From Eledone cirrhosa (taxonomy: Eukaryota): DNA of 64,000 nt. Below the pieces are notes generated by a model. The model did no database searches. It worked only from the letters and a program-made list of their open reading frames with translations, and had not been told where the DNA came from. Shown here piece by piece: positions 16,929 through 29,337 of the stretch. Location: NCBI GenBank assembly GCA_964016885.1, contig OZ024741.1:111352001-111416000 (forward strand). The letters are read 5' to 3'. Numbering within the stretch: the first letter of the stretch is position 1; each line of letters opens with the position of its first letter. A program made the translations under genes and the position numbers.

Positions 16929-19900
16929 ATGGCCATATTAAGAGTAGGAAGTTTAAATGTTCGTGACCTGGGGTCACCCTGGAAGCAGGGTTGCCTGCTC
17001 AACAACCTCAGGTCTCTTGAAACGGATGTGATTGCTGTCAGCGAGACCAGGATTTCCGACACGCGCGCACTAGCCCCCATTTCGATTATCAGATCTTCAC
17101 ATCTCTTAGCAGGCCGGGAATGGGAAGTGGGGTGGCAGTGCTGTTTAGGCCTGGATCTCGAGGTAAGGTCGATCTTCTGGGACCCAGATGGTAAGTTGGT
17201 GGTCCTGGATGTGAGCAGTAGCGAAGGTAGTGCCTTTAGACTGCTGGCCGTCTACACGCCTACTGGGGCTGAACAACTGGACTTCTTTAGGTGCCTGGAA
17301 ACCTTTCTGGGTACGCCTCGCCCTTTACTGTTAGCGGGGGACTGGAATGGCATCTTAGACGCATGCTGGGATTGTGTGGGAGTAGCTGACAGGAGCGGGG
17401 GATGTAAAAGCGTCAAGCACCTAATCAGCCAGTTCCAACTGTCTGACAGGTATCAACTAGATTTCCCCAATGCGCCAGTGTGGACGTGGACCAACCGCAT
17501 AGGGTCATCTAGATCATATATAGACAGGATCTTCATTAGGAAAATAGATAGAAATAGTGTAGGCTGCCCAATTTTTAAAACGGTCGCCTATTCAGATCAC
17601 AAATTTGTGATCTGTATGGTCGACCTAGATAAAACGTGTAGGTTGGAACCTGGTTACTGGAAGCTGAACATGTCATTTCCGGCACGTAAGGCTTACAGGG
17701 ACCGAGTCAACAATTTAGTTAAGCAAAAATTGACAGGGGATGATCATCAACAACAGATGGTGGGGGGCTCTCAAAAGAGAGATTAGAGTAACTTTGATAG
17801 AGTTCAGCAAAGAACTAGCATTAGAGAAAAATAGAAAGGAGGGGGAGCTGGTAGATAAGTTAGACGAGGCTATTTGTAGTGGCATTGCAACTGCCATGCT
17901 AGCGACGAGAATGGCATTAGACCATTTCTTCAATGCGAAACACGAAGGTTGCATTGTCAGAGATAAGGCGCGTGCAATGAGAAATGAGGGAACCAAAGCT
18001 GTTCGATGGGCCCGCGTGGCGGAGGCGCACCGTGGTAATAAAACCACAATTTGGTCTTTGGCGGACCGAGACGGACACGAGATAAGCGATTCCAAGCGGA
18101 TGTGTGAGGCCTTTTGCCAGCACTTTGCTCGGTTGTTCGAGGAGAGTGGCGGGTCAGAGAGAGTAGTGGATTTCAGTCCCTACCTTGACGGTTTGCCGTG
18201 CATCTCGATGGGCTGCGAAAGGCTGATTATTTCAGCCGAAATTCAGGACGCCCTTGTCGGCTGAATATGCCAGACTTGTTCTCTGATCTCCTCGAAGCGC
18301 TCTACTGCAACTGGCAGCAGAATGGGAGTATTCCCAGTTCTGTGAGCAGGGGAGTGGTGATGCTGATAAGGAAAGACGAGAATAAGAGGAATACATTAGA
18401 CAACTTCATAACTCTGCTCAACACAGAGTTTAAGATTTTGGTCAAGGTGTTAGCAAAGAGATTGGCGCTTGTCGTCGAGGATTTGGTTGGGGAGGCGCAA
18501 ACAAGCGCAATCCCAGCCAGATCCATACACGACAACCTCCACCTCATGCGATACATCATAGGGAGGGTAGTGTGTAAACCTGGATTCGGTGGGGTACTGA
18601 TCAATTTAGATCAATTGAAAGAATTTGATAGGGTCGACCATCAGTATCTGGAGGCTGTCCTCAAAGCAGCTGGCTTTAGCCCTGTCTTCAGAAGCTGGAT
18701 CGCTGCAATGCACAGCGGCACATGCTCGGTGGTCAAGGTTAATGGCCACCTCTCGGAACCATTTTGGCTCTCCTGATCTGTCTGCCAAGGGTGCCTTCTC
18801 TCTTTCCTTCTGTACGTATTGACTCTCGAGCCTTTACTGCGGAAGCTGGAGCTCTTGCAGGGCATCCCACTTGTACCGGGACATGGAAGGGTTGCATCGG
18901 CTTATGCAGATGACATCACCGTGATGGTGTTGGACACCTTAGAAATCGAGGTGGTTGGCAACTTATTGTAGGAATATGAAAGGTTGACGGGAGCAAAACT
19001 TAACTCGGAAAAGTCGGTGTGCTTGCAACTCGGCATCTGGAAAGGCAAGTCCATGCTATCCAACAGCATTGTTTGGCATTGGACGAACGGACCGGTAAAG
19101 TTGCTCGGGGTTTGGCTCCAGGTGGATAAGAATTGGGAAGGTAACGAGCAGGGTATCCAGTCTCATCCAAAAATGGGCTGCAAGGAAGCTGTCACTGAAA
19201 AGTCGCGCGGAGGTGACGAATGCATACATCGCGTCCGTCATCTACTAACGCCTGATGGTCATCCCTTGTCCCCCGTCCGTACCTCACCAAGTTGGAACGG
19301 CTCCCCTTCAAATTCTTGTGGGGGGGGGACAGGTTCCGTTGGTCAGTCGGTCTATCTGCTGCCAGCACTCTCTACTTGGAGAGCTGGGCATGCCATGGCT
19401 AATGATGCGAGGAAATGCGCTGAGGCTGCGACATCTCTAGATATTCTGCATAAACGTTGAATGGGTGTGGTCACTGTTTGTCAGACAGGCCTTTCCGCTC
19501 CGCAGCTCGTCTCTTTGACTAAGCTGCAGTCCTGGGTCACGAAGAGACCGAGACTGGGTGACTGGCAAATGGAATGTTGCCAGGCATTCACTGCCCTCTA
19601 ACAAGCAAGCAATGCGATCAGTGGAACTTCCACTCTCGAGTTCTATAGAGGATTAGTGGTGGGAAAGTGCAAGACACACTCAGAGAGGCTTTGGGCCTTG
19701 ACGAAGTCAAACTACCAGTCTGTTCCAGAGGACTTTCCAGAAATACCTCGCCTGGCAGTGTTACCGGGAGGGCACTGCCGGTTCGGGATAAACTCTACAG
19801 GCACGGAAGTGCCGTCAGACGGACCCACCCAAGATGCGCACAGAGCGACAAAACCATTCTGCACGCACTTGTCCAATGTCCGTGTATTACTGGCGTGTGG

Positions 19901-20085
19901 AGTTATGTCGAACAGCTACTGTCACGTGTAGAACGGATCTGGATATCGGCCGAAAGAGGTTATATGGTGGACCAGATTGAAAGGACTGAAGACACTTTTC
20001 TCTTCGGCCAATCCCTCATCAACTTCTTCAAGTTTCACCTGGAAAGGAAGGTGAGGGTGGAGAGAGAAGTACTGCCCCCCAGTAC
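16929..20085 (+). pseudogene. Tx1-like ORF2 (APE endonuclease, reverse transcriptase, zinc-binding domain), multiple frameshifts and stops
   Basis: SLNVR..SETR, GDWN, SYIDRIF, SDH, YWKLN; ITLLNTEFKILVKVLAKRL, DQLKEFDRVDH, AYADDIT (~18900); LPVRDKL..RCAQSDKTILHALVQC. Confidence 0.88.
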
Positions 20086-20614
20086 ATCTTTTCATACTCC
20101 TCTGTTTTGGCCTATTGGAGTAAATGTGAAAAAGAAAGTCACAGGTTAAGTTGGCAGAAGGTTCCAGTGCAATAGTAGTAAGGCGTAGGCTACTTACCTC
20201 AAAAGTTCATTCACACTCTTTCCACTAAGTTACTTTTTCTCTCGATCCCTGTCGGTGCAGTCCCTTGCGAATTTCTCGCGTAGGCCTGGTGTAGATTTGC
20301 ACCCGATCCATCTTCCCGATGCACATGTCCGCTTTGTACGGCCTTTGGAGGAAGGAGTGACCAGCAGTACATTGTTCGGTATTATTACGAAAAGGTGTAG
20401 CAGAGAATCCCGCGTGAACTAACAGCTCGGGAGGAAACTGCTTACCTTGAAGAATCATTTGCCATCGTTCTTGTCAACACTCCGTTTACTTGCTATTTGT
20501 TGGTCTACAGTTAGATGAATGGCACACAAAGGGTTAATGTTTATTGGCAAGAAGTTTTTTGAATAATAAAAGATGGGTTAAAGCGACCTAGAATGTATCT
20601 GTGTCATCATCATC

Positions 20615-21292
20615 ATCATCATCATCGTTTAACGTCCATTTTCCACGCTAGCATTGTCCCATTTGAGGCAAGATTGGTTGTCTTGCTCAGGACTGTCTGG
20701 CGAGTTTTCTACGGCTGGATGCCCTTCCTAACACCAACCACGTTTACAGTGTGGACTGGGAGGTTTTTACCGTGTTACCTACACGGCCACATTACAGTGT
20801 GGACTGTGTTTTTTGTCGTGACACCTACACGACCTCATTTATTTAGGACTGGATGTTGTGGTACCAACATAGTTTTATATCGAAAGCGGTGGTGTAGATG
20901 GCGGTGGGGGTAGGGTTGGGACGGGGGTGTATTAAGGTTAAGAGGTGCCTACTGACTGTAGGTTTCGTTTTGTACTTAGGCAAGGCGGGTCTTCTGTATT
21001 ACTACGTAGTGCCAAAGATCTCGGTCCAATGAGAGGTGTAAGTGTGTGAGGTCGGATTTTATCAAGTTGTCCCAGGTTTTTCTCGGTCTACCTACTCCGT
21101 AGCTACCGTCTATTTTGATCGCCCTGCACTTTTTTATACAGCTGTCATCTTTCATGCGCATCACGTGACCATACCAACGTAGTCTTCTCTTGAGTAAACA
21201 GCATCTGATCCCTCTTATTCCTAATTTCTCACTTAGTTCATTTATGCTTTGCCGTTTGCGTATTACACATCCAACGGAGCATGCAGGCTTCG
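20615..21292 (-). mobile_element. RTE-derived 3' fragment with tail
   Basis: Minus ORF 20976-21344 (KRRLRWYGHVMRMKDD..GRPRKTW); same family as 1-873. Confidence 0.85.
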
Positions 21293-21319
21293 TTATATAT
21301 ATATATATATATATATATA

Positions 21320-21583
21320 TCATCATCATCATCATCATCATCATTTCATTTTACGTCTGCTTTTTCCCTGCTTGCAAGGGTGGGACGGGAACTGATTCTG
21401 GCTTGATTTCTACAGCTGGATGCCCTTCCTAACACCAACCTCATTTACAGTGAGTGTTGGGTGCTTTTTTGTCGTGGCACCTCCACGACCACTTTGCAGT
21501 GGTATGATAGGGACCCCAGTCATTATCATCTCATTTCTACAGCTGAGTAAACTGGAGCAATGTGAAATAAAGTGTCTTGCTCA
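21320..21583 (-). mobile_element. 5'-truncated CORE-like SINE family 2
   Basis: Reverse complement of the 5320-5569 portion. Confidence 0.8.
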
Positions 21584-21664
21584 ATGGGTACATAATGGGT
21601 ACACAATGGGTACATAAAAATGAATGAATGAATGAATGTGTGTATGTATGCATATATATATGTG

Positions 21665-21704
<40 letters not shown>

Positions 21705-21707
<3 letters not shown>

Positions 21708-24657
21708 CATTTCATTTCATTTCATTTGAGTTTGAGTCCAGGCTCAGGCCAAGTCGAAGACTCCACCCTCAGAGTCTGGTGTGGTTGCCAGGTTGGATTC
21801 TCTGTTTAATTTTGACATGTGTAGGAGCGAGTTTGAGTCAGTTTGTGCTCGTTGTGTATATCCTGGGAGATGGGGTTCATCTCTAATGGTGCTTAAGTAT
21901 CTATCCAGCTGCAATTTGAATCATTCCACACTGGATCCTGATAGATTTCTGACATGTACCGGAATGGAGTTGAATAGTTGTGCCCCTCGAACCAACAGAC
22001 TTGACTCTCGCAGGGTTTTTGCTGCCTGGCCAGCCTTTTTGTTGATTGGTGGTAGCTGGCAGCGTCTTCCGTGGCGCAGTGAGTGGTAGGTTTTGATACC
22101 AAAGTTTGGCACCTTTTGCTCTATCATTTTCCAAATGTATATAATTCGGTATCGCTCAAATCTTCTTTCTATTGAGTATATCTTCAAGGTTTTGAGTCTT
22201 TGCCAATAGTCCAGGTCCCTCGTTTCTGAGAAGTATGAGGTAAAATTTCTTTGGAGCGATTCCATCTTAGATAGTTGGCCCTTTGTTGTTAGTGACCACA
22301 ACTGAGAACAGTAGTCAATCCTCGGAAGTATCATACTGTTCCAGAGGGTTCTCATTGTTGAGGTATCTCTTGATTTGAAGGTGCGCAAGATCCACCCGCT
22401 GTACTTTCTTGCAGTAAGACAGACTGAGTCAAGGTGTTCTCTGAATTTTAGGCTGGTTCCCATGTGGATGCCTAAATCTTTCACACACTGTTTTTCCATT
22501 ATTTGTTGTCCTGATGGGTTTCTGTAGTTTGTTGTATTTTTCAGATCTTGATCTGTTCTGTAGTGAATTAGTTCAAACTTCTTATCATTGAACAACATGT
22601 TGTTTGTTTCCTGCCATTTGTATATGGTGGTTAGGTCCTTTTGTAAGGCCTCTGTATCCACCTCATCTTTGATTTGTCTCATGACCCTGGTGTCATCAGC
22701 AAAGGATGAGACGTTGCTGGTTGTATCTTCATCTATGTCAGAGTACTGTACCCTGAGGAACACTGCTGGTCACAGGTGATGGTGTTGAATGGTTCCATTC
22801 ACAGTGACTGTTTGAGTTCTATTTGTAAGGAACTCATGTATCCATGTACCAACTTTTCCTCCTACTCCTAGCTTTCGAAGTTTGTGTCCCAGGATGCCAT
22901 GATCTACCTTGTCAAATGCCTTGGCAAAGTCGAGGTAAATAACATCTGTGTTGTATCCATTCTCTAGATTTTCTAGGATTTGGTCATGGTGTACCAGTAG
23001 TTGGGAAAGACATGATCTACCTAACCTGAATCCATGCTGATTGCAATTCATCAGATTGTTGGATTCCAGGAACTCAACCAGTTTTCCACGAACTATTCTT
23101 TCGAAGACCTTGATAATGTGTGATGTCAGTGAGATTGGTCGGTAGTTCTTTGGTTTTGATTTGCTGTCCCCTTTATGTATTGGAGTTATGTGTGCTTCTT
23201 TATATGTATTTGGTATTTTGCCATTCTCCATAGATTCCTTCCATATCATGTAAAGGGGTTTCAACAATTGTACCTTGCAGTTTTTAAGTATCATGGCATT
23301 GAAACCATCAGGCCCCGCAGCCGAGTGCATGGAGAGCTTGTCTATGGCTCTTTCTATGTCTTCTGGGTTGAAATCAATGTCGGATAGGGTAGGTTTAGTA
23401 TGGTCGATATCCTTGAAGAATTCTCCAGGGTCATGGATCTTCATGGTTTTAGATGGCTCACTGAAGACACTTTCATACTGTTGACCCAACATTTCTGCCA
23501 TTTCAATAGGGTTATTCACTACATCCCCATTTTGTCTCTGGAGAGGTCCTATTGTTGACTTGGTATTCGAGTATTTCTTTACAAAACTGTAGAAACATTT
23601 TGGATTTTTCTTGACGTTTTCTATGGCTCTCTTTTCTGCATTGTTACGTTCTTCATCATAGTGTTGTTTTAGATTGTCTTCTAATCTGTATATTTGGTCA
23701 AGGACTTTCTGTAGTTCATGTTTTGATGTCAGCTTAGATGTTTTGTTTCTTAGTCTTGACCTTTTGCGCATCAGGATCTTTCGCTCCCGTGGTACAGGTT
23801 TTTTTGTGGATTTGGTTTTCTTAAGAGGAATATTTTTTGCACATATTTCTTCGATCTTGTTTAAGAATTTCTTGTGTTTATCTGGCCCAGTAAGGTAGAG
23901 ATTCCAGTCAATGATTTGTAACTGGTTGTTAATAGTTTCCCAATTTGCCTGGTGATAATCATACCTGCATAGCTTTGGCATGTCCTTTTGTTTAAGAGTT
24001 GTGGCATTGGGCTCATTACCAATGTGTAAATGCATTTCAATAATATTGTGATCTGAAAGGATCGTTGGGGTTGAGTGAAGGTCAAATAGCGTGTCCTCAT
24101 TGTTGGTGAAAACCAAGTCGATCGTATTATTATTTCTAGTTGCTTCTGTCATCATTTGTTTGAGGTATAATTTCTCTGTGACTTCCAACAGTTTGGCTGC
24201 CTGTATTTGTTCAGCTTTTGTCCCCAGTTTTAGTATGTGTCCATGTGGCCAGATGATGTTAGGGAAGTTGAAGTCACCAAGGAGGATAATGTCTGGCATT
24301 GGACTCGCCATGTTTCCCAGAATTTGTTGGAGCTTTGTCAGTGGCTCAGTGATGGATAATGTTGGGCTGTTTGGCGGTCTGTACATTATTGTTACAACTG
24401 TATTAAGTTGGATGATTTTTATGCACAGCAGGTTGCAGTTGGCATTTGATTCATTGACAAGTTCTATGCATGCATAGGTATCATGGATATACATGATAAC
24501 GCCCCCATGGGATCTGCCTTGTCTATCATATCTGAAGATGTTGAATCCATTGATTGAGATTTCGCTGTTGCGGATGTTTTCGTTGAGATGACTTTCAGTA
24601 ATTCCAATTATTTTGGAGTTGTTTTCTGTTGCTAATTCTTCCAAGAAAGGGACTTTA
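21705..24657 (-). mobile_element. CR1/L2-group LINE, 5'-truncated at the start of ORF2, with (AATGA)n tail
   Basis: ORFs 22770-24644 (GITESHL, YRPP, GDFN, SDH, NYRPISLTS, QHGFR, YLDFAKAFDKVDH) and 21921-22763 (FADDT, KDLGI, DYCSQLWS); frameshift and deletion in the VPQGTVL motif near 22740-22790. Confidence 0.9.
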
Positions 24658-24730
24658 CATATATATATATATATTCTTTATGTGTATATTTATGTATATG
24701 TGTATATATATATATGTGTGTATATGTGTT

Positions 24731-24775
<45 letters not shown>

Positions 24776-24821
24776 ATGTGTATATATGTGTATGTATATA
24801 TATGTATATGCGTGTGTGAAT

Positions 24822-25106
24822 GTAGCAAAGATAATACGTCAGCAATGACGTGTTCGTCAGAATGTCGTAATGCAGACAGTCAGACATACAGACAGATATT
24901 ATAAGGGTGCGATGGAGATCGATAACCGGCGCCTAACACCCCTTTAACAACAGAACATTGAAAAATAAAAGCTGCAGTTAATATCTTTAGACTGCAAGGT
25001 ATATAAATGCAAGTTTGAAGTCAATCAGAGTAGAAATGTGGATTTGTATAGACTTTGCAAGAATGAGAACACACACACATACAACAACAGTTTTATATCT
25101 ATAGAT
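24822..25106. mobile_element. Short non-autonomous Helitron/Helentron-like element
   Basis: Starts tagc.. with a subterminal hairpin acgtca-gcaa-tgacgt; ends (CA)n..ttttatatctatagat, like the elements at 29338 and 39093. Confidence 0.45.
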
Positions 25107-25169
25107 ACATAGTTTATTTTATATTTGTATATCTTCATTGTTAAATTAGTCTAGGCATTGTGCACTTTT

Positions 25170-25262
25170 ACTCGACCTTATTGTAAACCCCCACTGTCCC
25201 TGTCTTTGTATTGTACCCTAGATGTCGGCCCTTGTGGCCAATAAATGAAGTCATTATTATTA
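25170..25262 (+). mobile_element. Tx1-like 3' terminal fragment
   Basis: ggcccttgtggccaataaatgaa(ATT)n matches the 3' end of the Tx1 copy at 59708-59800 (-) and 59355-59435 (+). Confidence 0.6.
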
Positions 25263-25349
25263 TTGTTGTTATTATTATTGTCGTTATTATGTTTTTTTTT
25301 TTTCGTGCAATGGCCATACTTGATAACGTGGGGGCAGCATTCATATATG

Positions 25350-25420
<71 letters not shown>

Positions 25421-25639
25421 AGAGTATTGAAGTTTGCTTGAAGCATTGTGGAATAATAAGGTAAATTTTTTAAAGTCATTTGGAAGCCTCGACAATGCAA
25501 ATGGGTAAATCTCCGGGTAACAAGATCCGGTGGTGGAGAGAGAGATGTAAGTGGGTGTACGTTGAGATGCGTGGTGTGTATAAGACGTGTAGAGGAATGA
25601 AGGAAAGAGCATAAAGGATAAAATAAAAATAACAACAAA

Positions 25640-26676
25640 TGCAAACAATGGGTACACAAGAGATGTAGCGGGATCTCAGGAAGCTTAATTAAGAATGTAG
25701 GCTTCACATGTAGAGCTGTGCTGGGACAGCAAGCAGCAAACAGCAACAGGAAACAAGTACCACCAAATGCTGGGAGAGCTCTGTGGGAAACAGTAGACAG
25801 CTTCTGCTACCTAGGTGACCGAATTAGAAGCGGAGGTGGATGTTCAGAAAGTACAATAACTAGGGTAAGAACGGGATGGAAGAAGTTTAGGGAACTACTA
25901 CCACTGTTAGCTGCAAAAGGCTTCTCCCTCAAAATGAAAGGCAGACTATGATGTGTGTATCCGAACAGCAATGTTACATGGTAGTGAGACCTGGGCGCTG
26001 AAGGTGGAAGACTTACGTAGATTAGAAAGAAACGAAGCCTGCATGCTCCGATGGATGTGTAATAGTAATATACGTGAACGGCAAAGCATAAATGAATTGA
26101 GAGAGAGACTGAGTATAAGAGGAATCAAATGCTGTGTGCAGGAGAGGTGGTTGCGTTGGTATGGATATGTGATGCATATGAAGGATTACAGCTGCATAAA
26201 AAGGTGCAGAGCACTAGAAGTCAATGGAAACCGTGGAGTGGGGAGACCCAAGAAGACCTGGGATGAGGTGATAAAAGCCGACTTTACCCAATTACGCCTC
26301 TCAAAGGCGATGACACACGACCGTAACCTCTGGCGTCACGCAGTAATAAAGAAGACCCGACCCCCCACAGGTACAAGCCAAAGCTGAAGCATATAGACAA
26401 TATGCCTCTACACCCTCCCACTGCAAGGTGGTCGTGGAAGCACCACGGCAAAAAAGCACCCAGCCCACACTGTAAAGTGGACGTGTAGGCGCCACGGAGA
26501 AAAGCACCCAGCACTCACTGTAAATGAGGTTGGTGTTAGGAAGGGCATCCAGCTGTAGAAATCATGCCAGAATCATATGAACAAGGCATGGTCAGCCGAC
26601 CGGACACTGCCCACAACAGGACAACCCATCTAACCCATGCCAGCGTGGAAGACCGGACGTAAAACGGTGATGATGA

Positions 26677-26680
<4 letters not shown>
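25640..26680 (+). mobile_element. RTE LINE subfamily A, 5'-truncated
   Basis: ORFs 25718-25951 and 25953-26387 closely match 3352-4348. Confidence 0.88.
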
Positions 26681-26708
<28 letters not shown>

Positions 26709-26710
<2 letters not shown>

Positions 26711-28952
26711 TCATCATCATTTTACGTCTGCTTTTCCCTACTTGCAAGGGTGGGACGGGTCCTATTCAACACAGCATCTCTCCACTTGTCACGGTCCTTC
26801 GTCATCTCCACCGTGAGCTTCAGCGATCTGAGGTCTGCTCTCACCACCTCCGCCCATGTTTTTCGTGGTCTTCCTCTACTGCGTCTTCCTTCAACTGGAA
26901 TTTCTTGGCACTTCTTTACCCAGCGGTCATCCTCCATGCGCATCACATGTCCATACCATCACAGTCTTCTCTCCCACACACTAAACTTATCCCTCTTAAA
27001 TACAGTTTCTCTCTCAACACATCCATGCTCGGTCGTTTACGTACATTGACATTGCACATCCAATGGAGCATGCTTGCTTCATTTCTCTCCAGCCATTGCA
27101 TATCCTCTGCAGTTGCTGTCCATGTTTCACTATCATGCAGCATCGCGCACCACACACAGGCATCATATAACCGGCCTTTCGTATGTAGGGAGAAACCCTT
27201 CTTCATCAGCAGAGGAAGCAGCTCCCTAAACTTCTTCTAACCTGTCCTTATTCTAGATACTATGGCCTTGGAGCAACCCTCCTCCCATGCTAATCTGATC
27301 AACTAGGTACCGGAAGCTATCAACCACTTCTATAGAACCTATCTGCATTTGAAAAATGTGTCTATCAATGCGACTTCTACTGTCAACTTTCCCTGTACAT
27401 CTACTGCATACGTAGTTTTCCCTACCTGTTAGTTTGCCTGCTATCCCACTACACCTCTTGTGTATCCAAGATCTGCACAGTGTATATTTTATAGAATTTA
27501 TGCCAGTTCCTTTTCTGCATATCGAACATGGTCATTTTCCTAATGGAATCGGAGTATTGTCCTCTTTTTCTACTCATCAACACTTTTGTCTTAGCTAGGT
27601 TCACTCTCAATCCTCTTAATTCCAACTGCTGTTTCTATAGCCAGAATTTCTTCTCTAGTTCCTCTACTGATTCTGCTATAAGAACCAGATCGTCAGCATA
27701 GAGAAGTTCCCATGGGCAGCCAGTCTTAAACTCCTCTGTTATGGCTTGGAAGACTATAATGAACAAGAGCAGGCTGAGGACTGATCACTTATGTTCTCCT
27801 ACTTGTATCTGGAATTCCTCACTAAACTCCATTCCTACCCTCACTTTACTGACAGCACCTCTGTACAAAGCTTGCACTGTCCTCACAAGCCATTCCTCAA
27901 CACCTAGTTTCCTTAGGGACCACCAGATGACAATCGGGGTACCCTATCAAAGGCCTTCTCTAGGTCAACAAAAGCTAAGTATAGTGGCTCACTAAGAAGA
28001 GAGCATCTGTTGTACTTTTCCATAGCACAAAACCAAACAGCATCTCATCTAGTTTGACCCTTTCTCTAATTAGTTGAGCTAATATCCTTTCTGCCACTTT
28101 CATAACCTGATCCATCAGTTTTATGCCCCTATAATTGCTCCTCTCCAGAGCATCCCCTTTACCTTTGTAGCAATTTATGAGAATACTGCTGCACCAGTCT
28201 TTGGGTATGACACCGCCATATATAGCCTGATTGATGATGCGTGCAACCAGTTTAGTGTCTACGTCCCCTGATGCCTTCAGCATCTCAGCTGCTATCCCCA
28301 ACACTGCAGCAGCCTTACCATTTTTCATTTCCTTAATCACCTCTTGGACCTTATATAATCACCTCTTGGACCAATCTCAATAGCTGGTCTCTCTGTTGGA
28401 TCTACTGGGGGTAATTTCTCTCTCTCCCATTTGTTCTCCACATTCATTAGTCTCTCATAATGACATTTCCAGGCCTCCTTTTTCTTATCATTAGTGACAC
28501 TAAGTACACCAGTATCATTCTGGACACATTTATCTCCAACAACATCCTGATTTACCCTGACACACTGCCTTGCAATGCGGAACACCGCACATCTCTGATC
28601 TTCCCATTGCAGAACATTGGCAAACCTCCTACTCTCAGCCTCCCTGTGTGCTAAGTACACCTGACGTCTAGCTTCTCTCTTAGCAGCTGTGTATTGGTCT
28701 CTACTCCCACCATTTTTCCAAGTGTTCCATGCTAGTCTTTTGTTTCTAATGCCCTATCTACCGTGCTGTTCCACCACCAGGTCACTCTCTGCTCCAGCCA
28801 CAAGTTTCTTCAGTAGCCTGCAGTAAGTTGTCTCGTAAGAAATTCCCGTTATCATCTATGTCATACGACTCTAAATCATCTTCTTTTTCATCATACACAT
28901 CTTGAAGGGCTTTCCTAAATTTATATTTTAATGAAAGGTACAAAGGACAAAG
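26709..28952 (-). mobile_element. RTE LINE subfamily B, decayed RT region and 3' end
   Basis: NYRGIKLMDQVMKVAERI, GCPWELLYADDLVL (~27680-27722), GRPRKTWAEVV, (GAT)n tail. Confidence 0.88.
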
Positions 28953-28979
28953 ATGTATATATATATATATATATATACT

Positions 28980-29337
28980 GGAGGCACATGGAGGCACATG
29001 GCTTAGTGGTTAGAGCATTGGCCTTGCAATCGAAAGGTTGAGTTCAATTCTCAGACCGAGTGATGTGTTGTTTCCTTGAGCAAGGCACTTTATTTCCCAT
29101 TGCTCCAGTTTACTCAGCTGTAGAAATGAGATGATAGGGACTGGGATCCCTATCATTCCACTGCAAAGTGGTCATGGAGGTGCCACGGCAAAAAAGCACC
29201 CAGCACTCACTGTAAATGAGGTTGGTGTTAGGAAGGGCATCCAGCTGTAGAAATGAAGCCAGAATCAGTTCCCGTCCCACCCTTGCAAGCAGGGAAAAAT
29301 GGACGTAAAATGAAATGATGATGATGATGAATGATGA
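28980..29337 (+). mobile_element. CORE-like SINE family 2
   Basis: Homologous to 5233-5569; the 10-nt head ggaggcacat is duplicated. Confidence 0.85.

Larger units (their letters stand above)
14841..20085 (+). mobile_element. L1/Tx1-clade non-LTR retrotransposon, near full length, decayed and 3'-truncated
   Basis: ORF1 with CCHC knuckle followed by ORF2 with APE endonuclease, RT and a C-terminal Cys/His motif; lacks the 3' UTR seen in the copy at 59708-61085. Confidence 0.9.
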
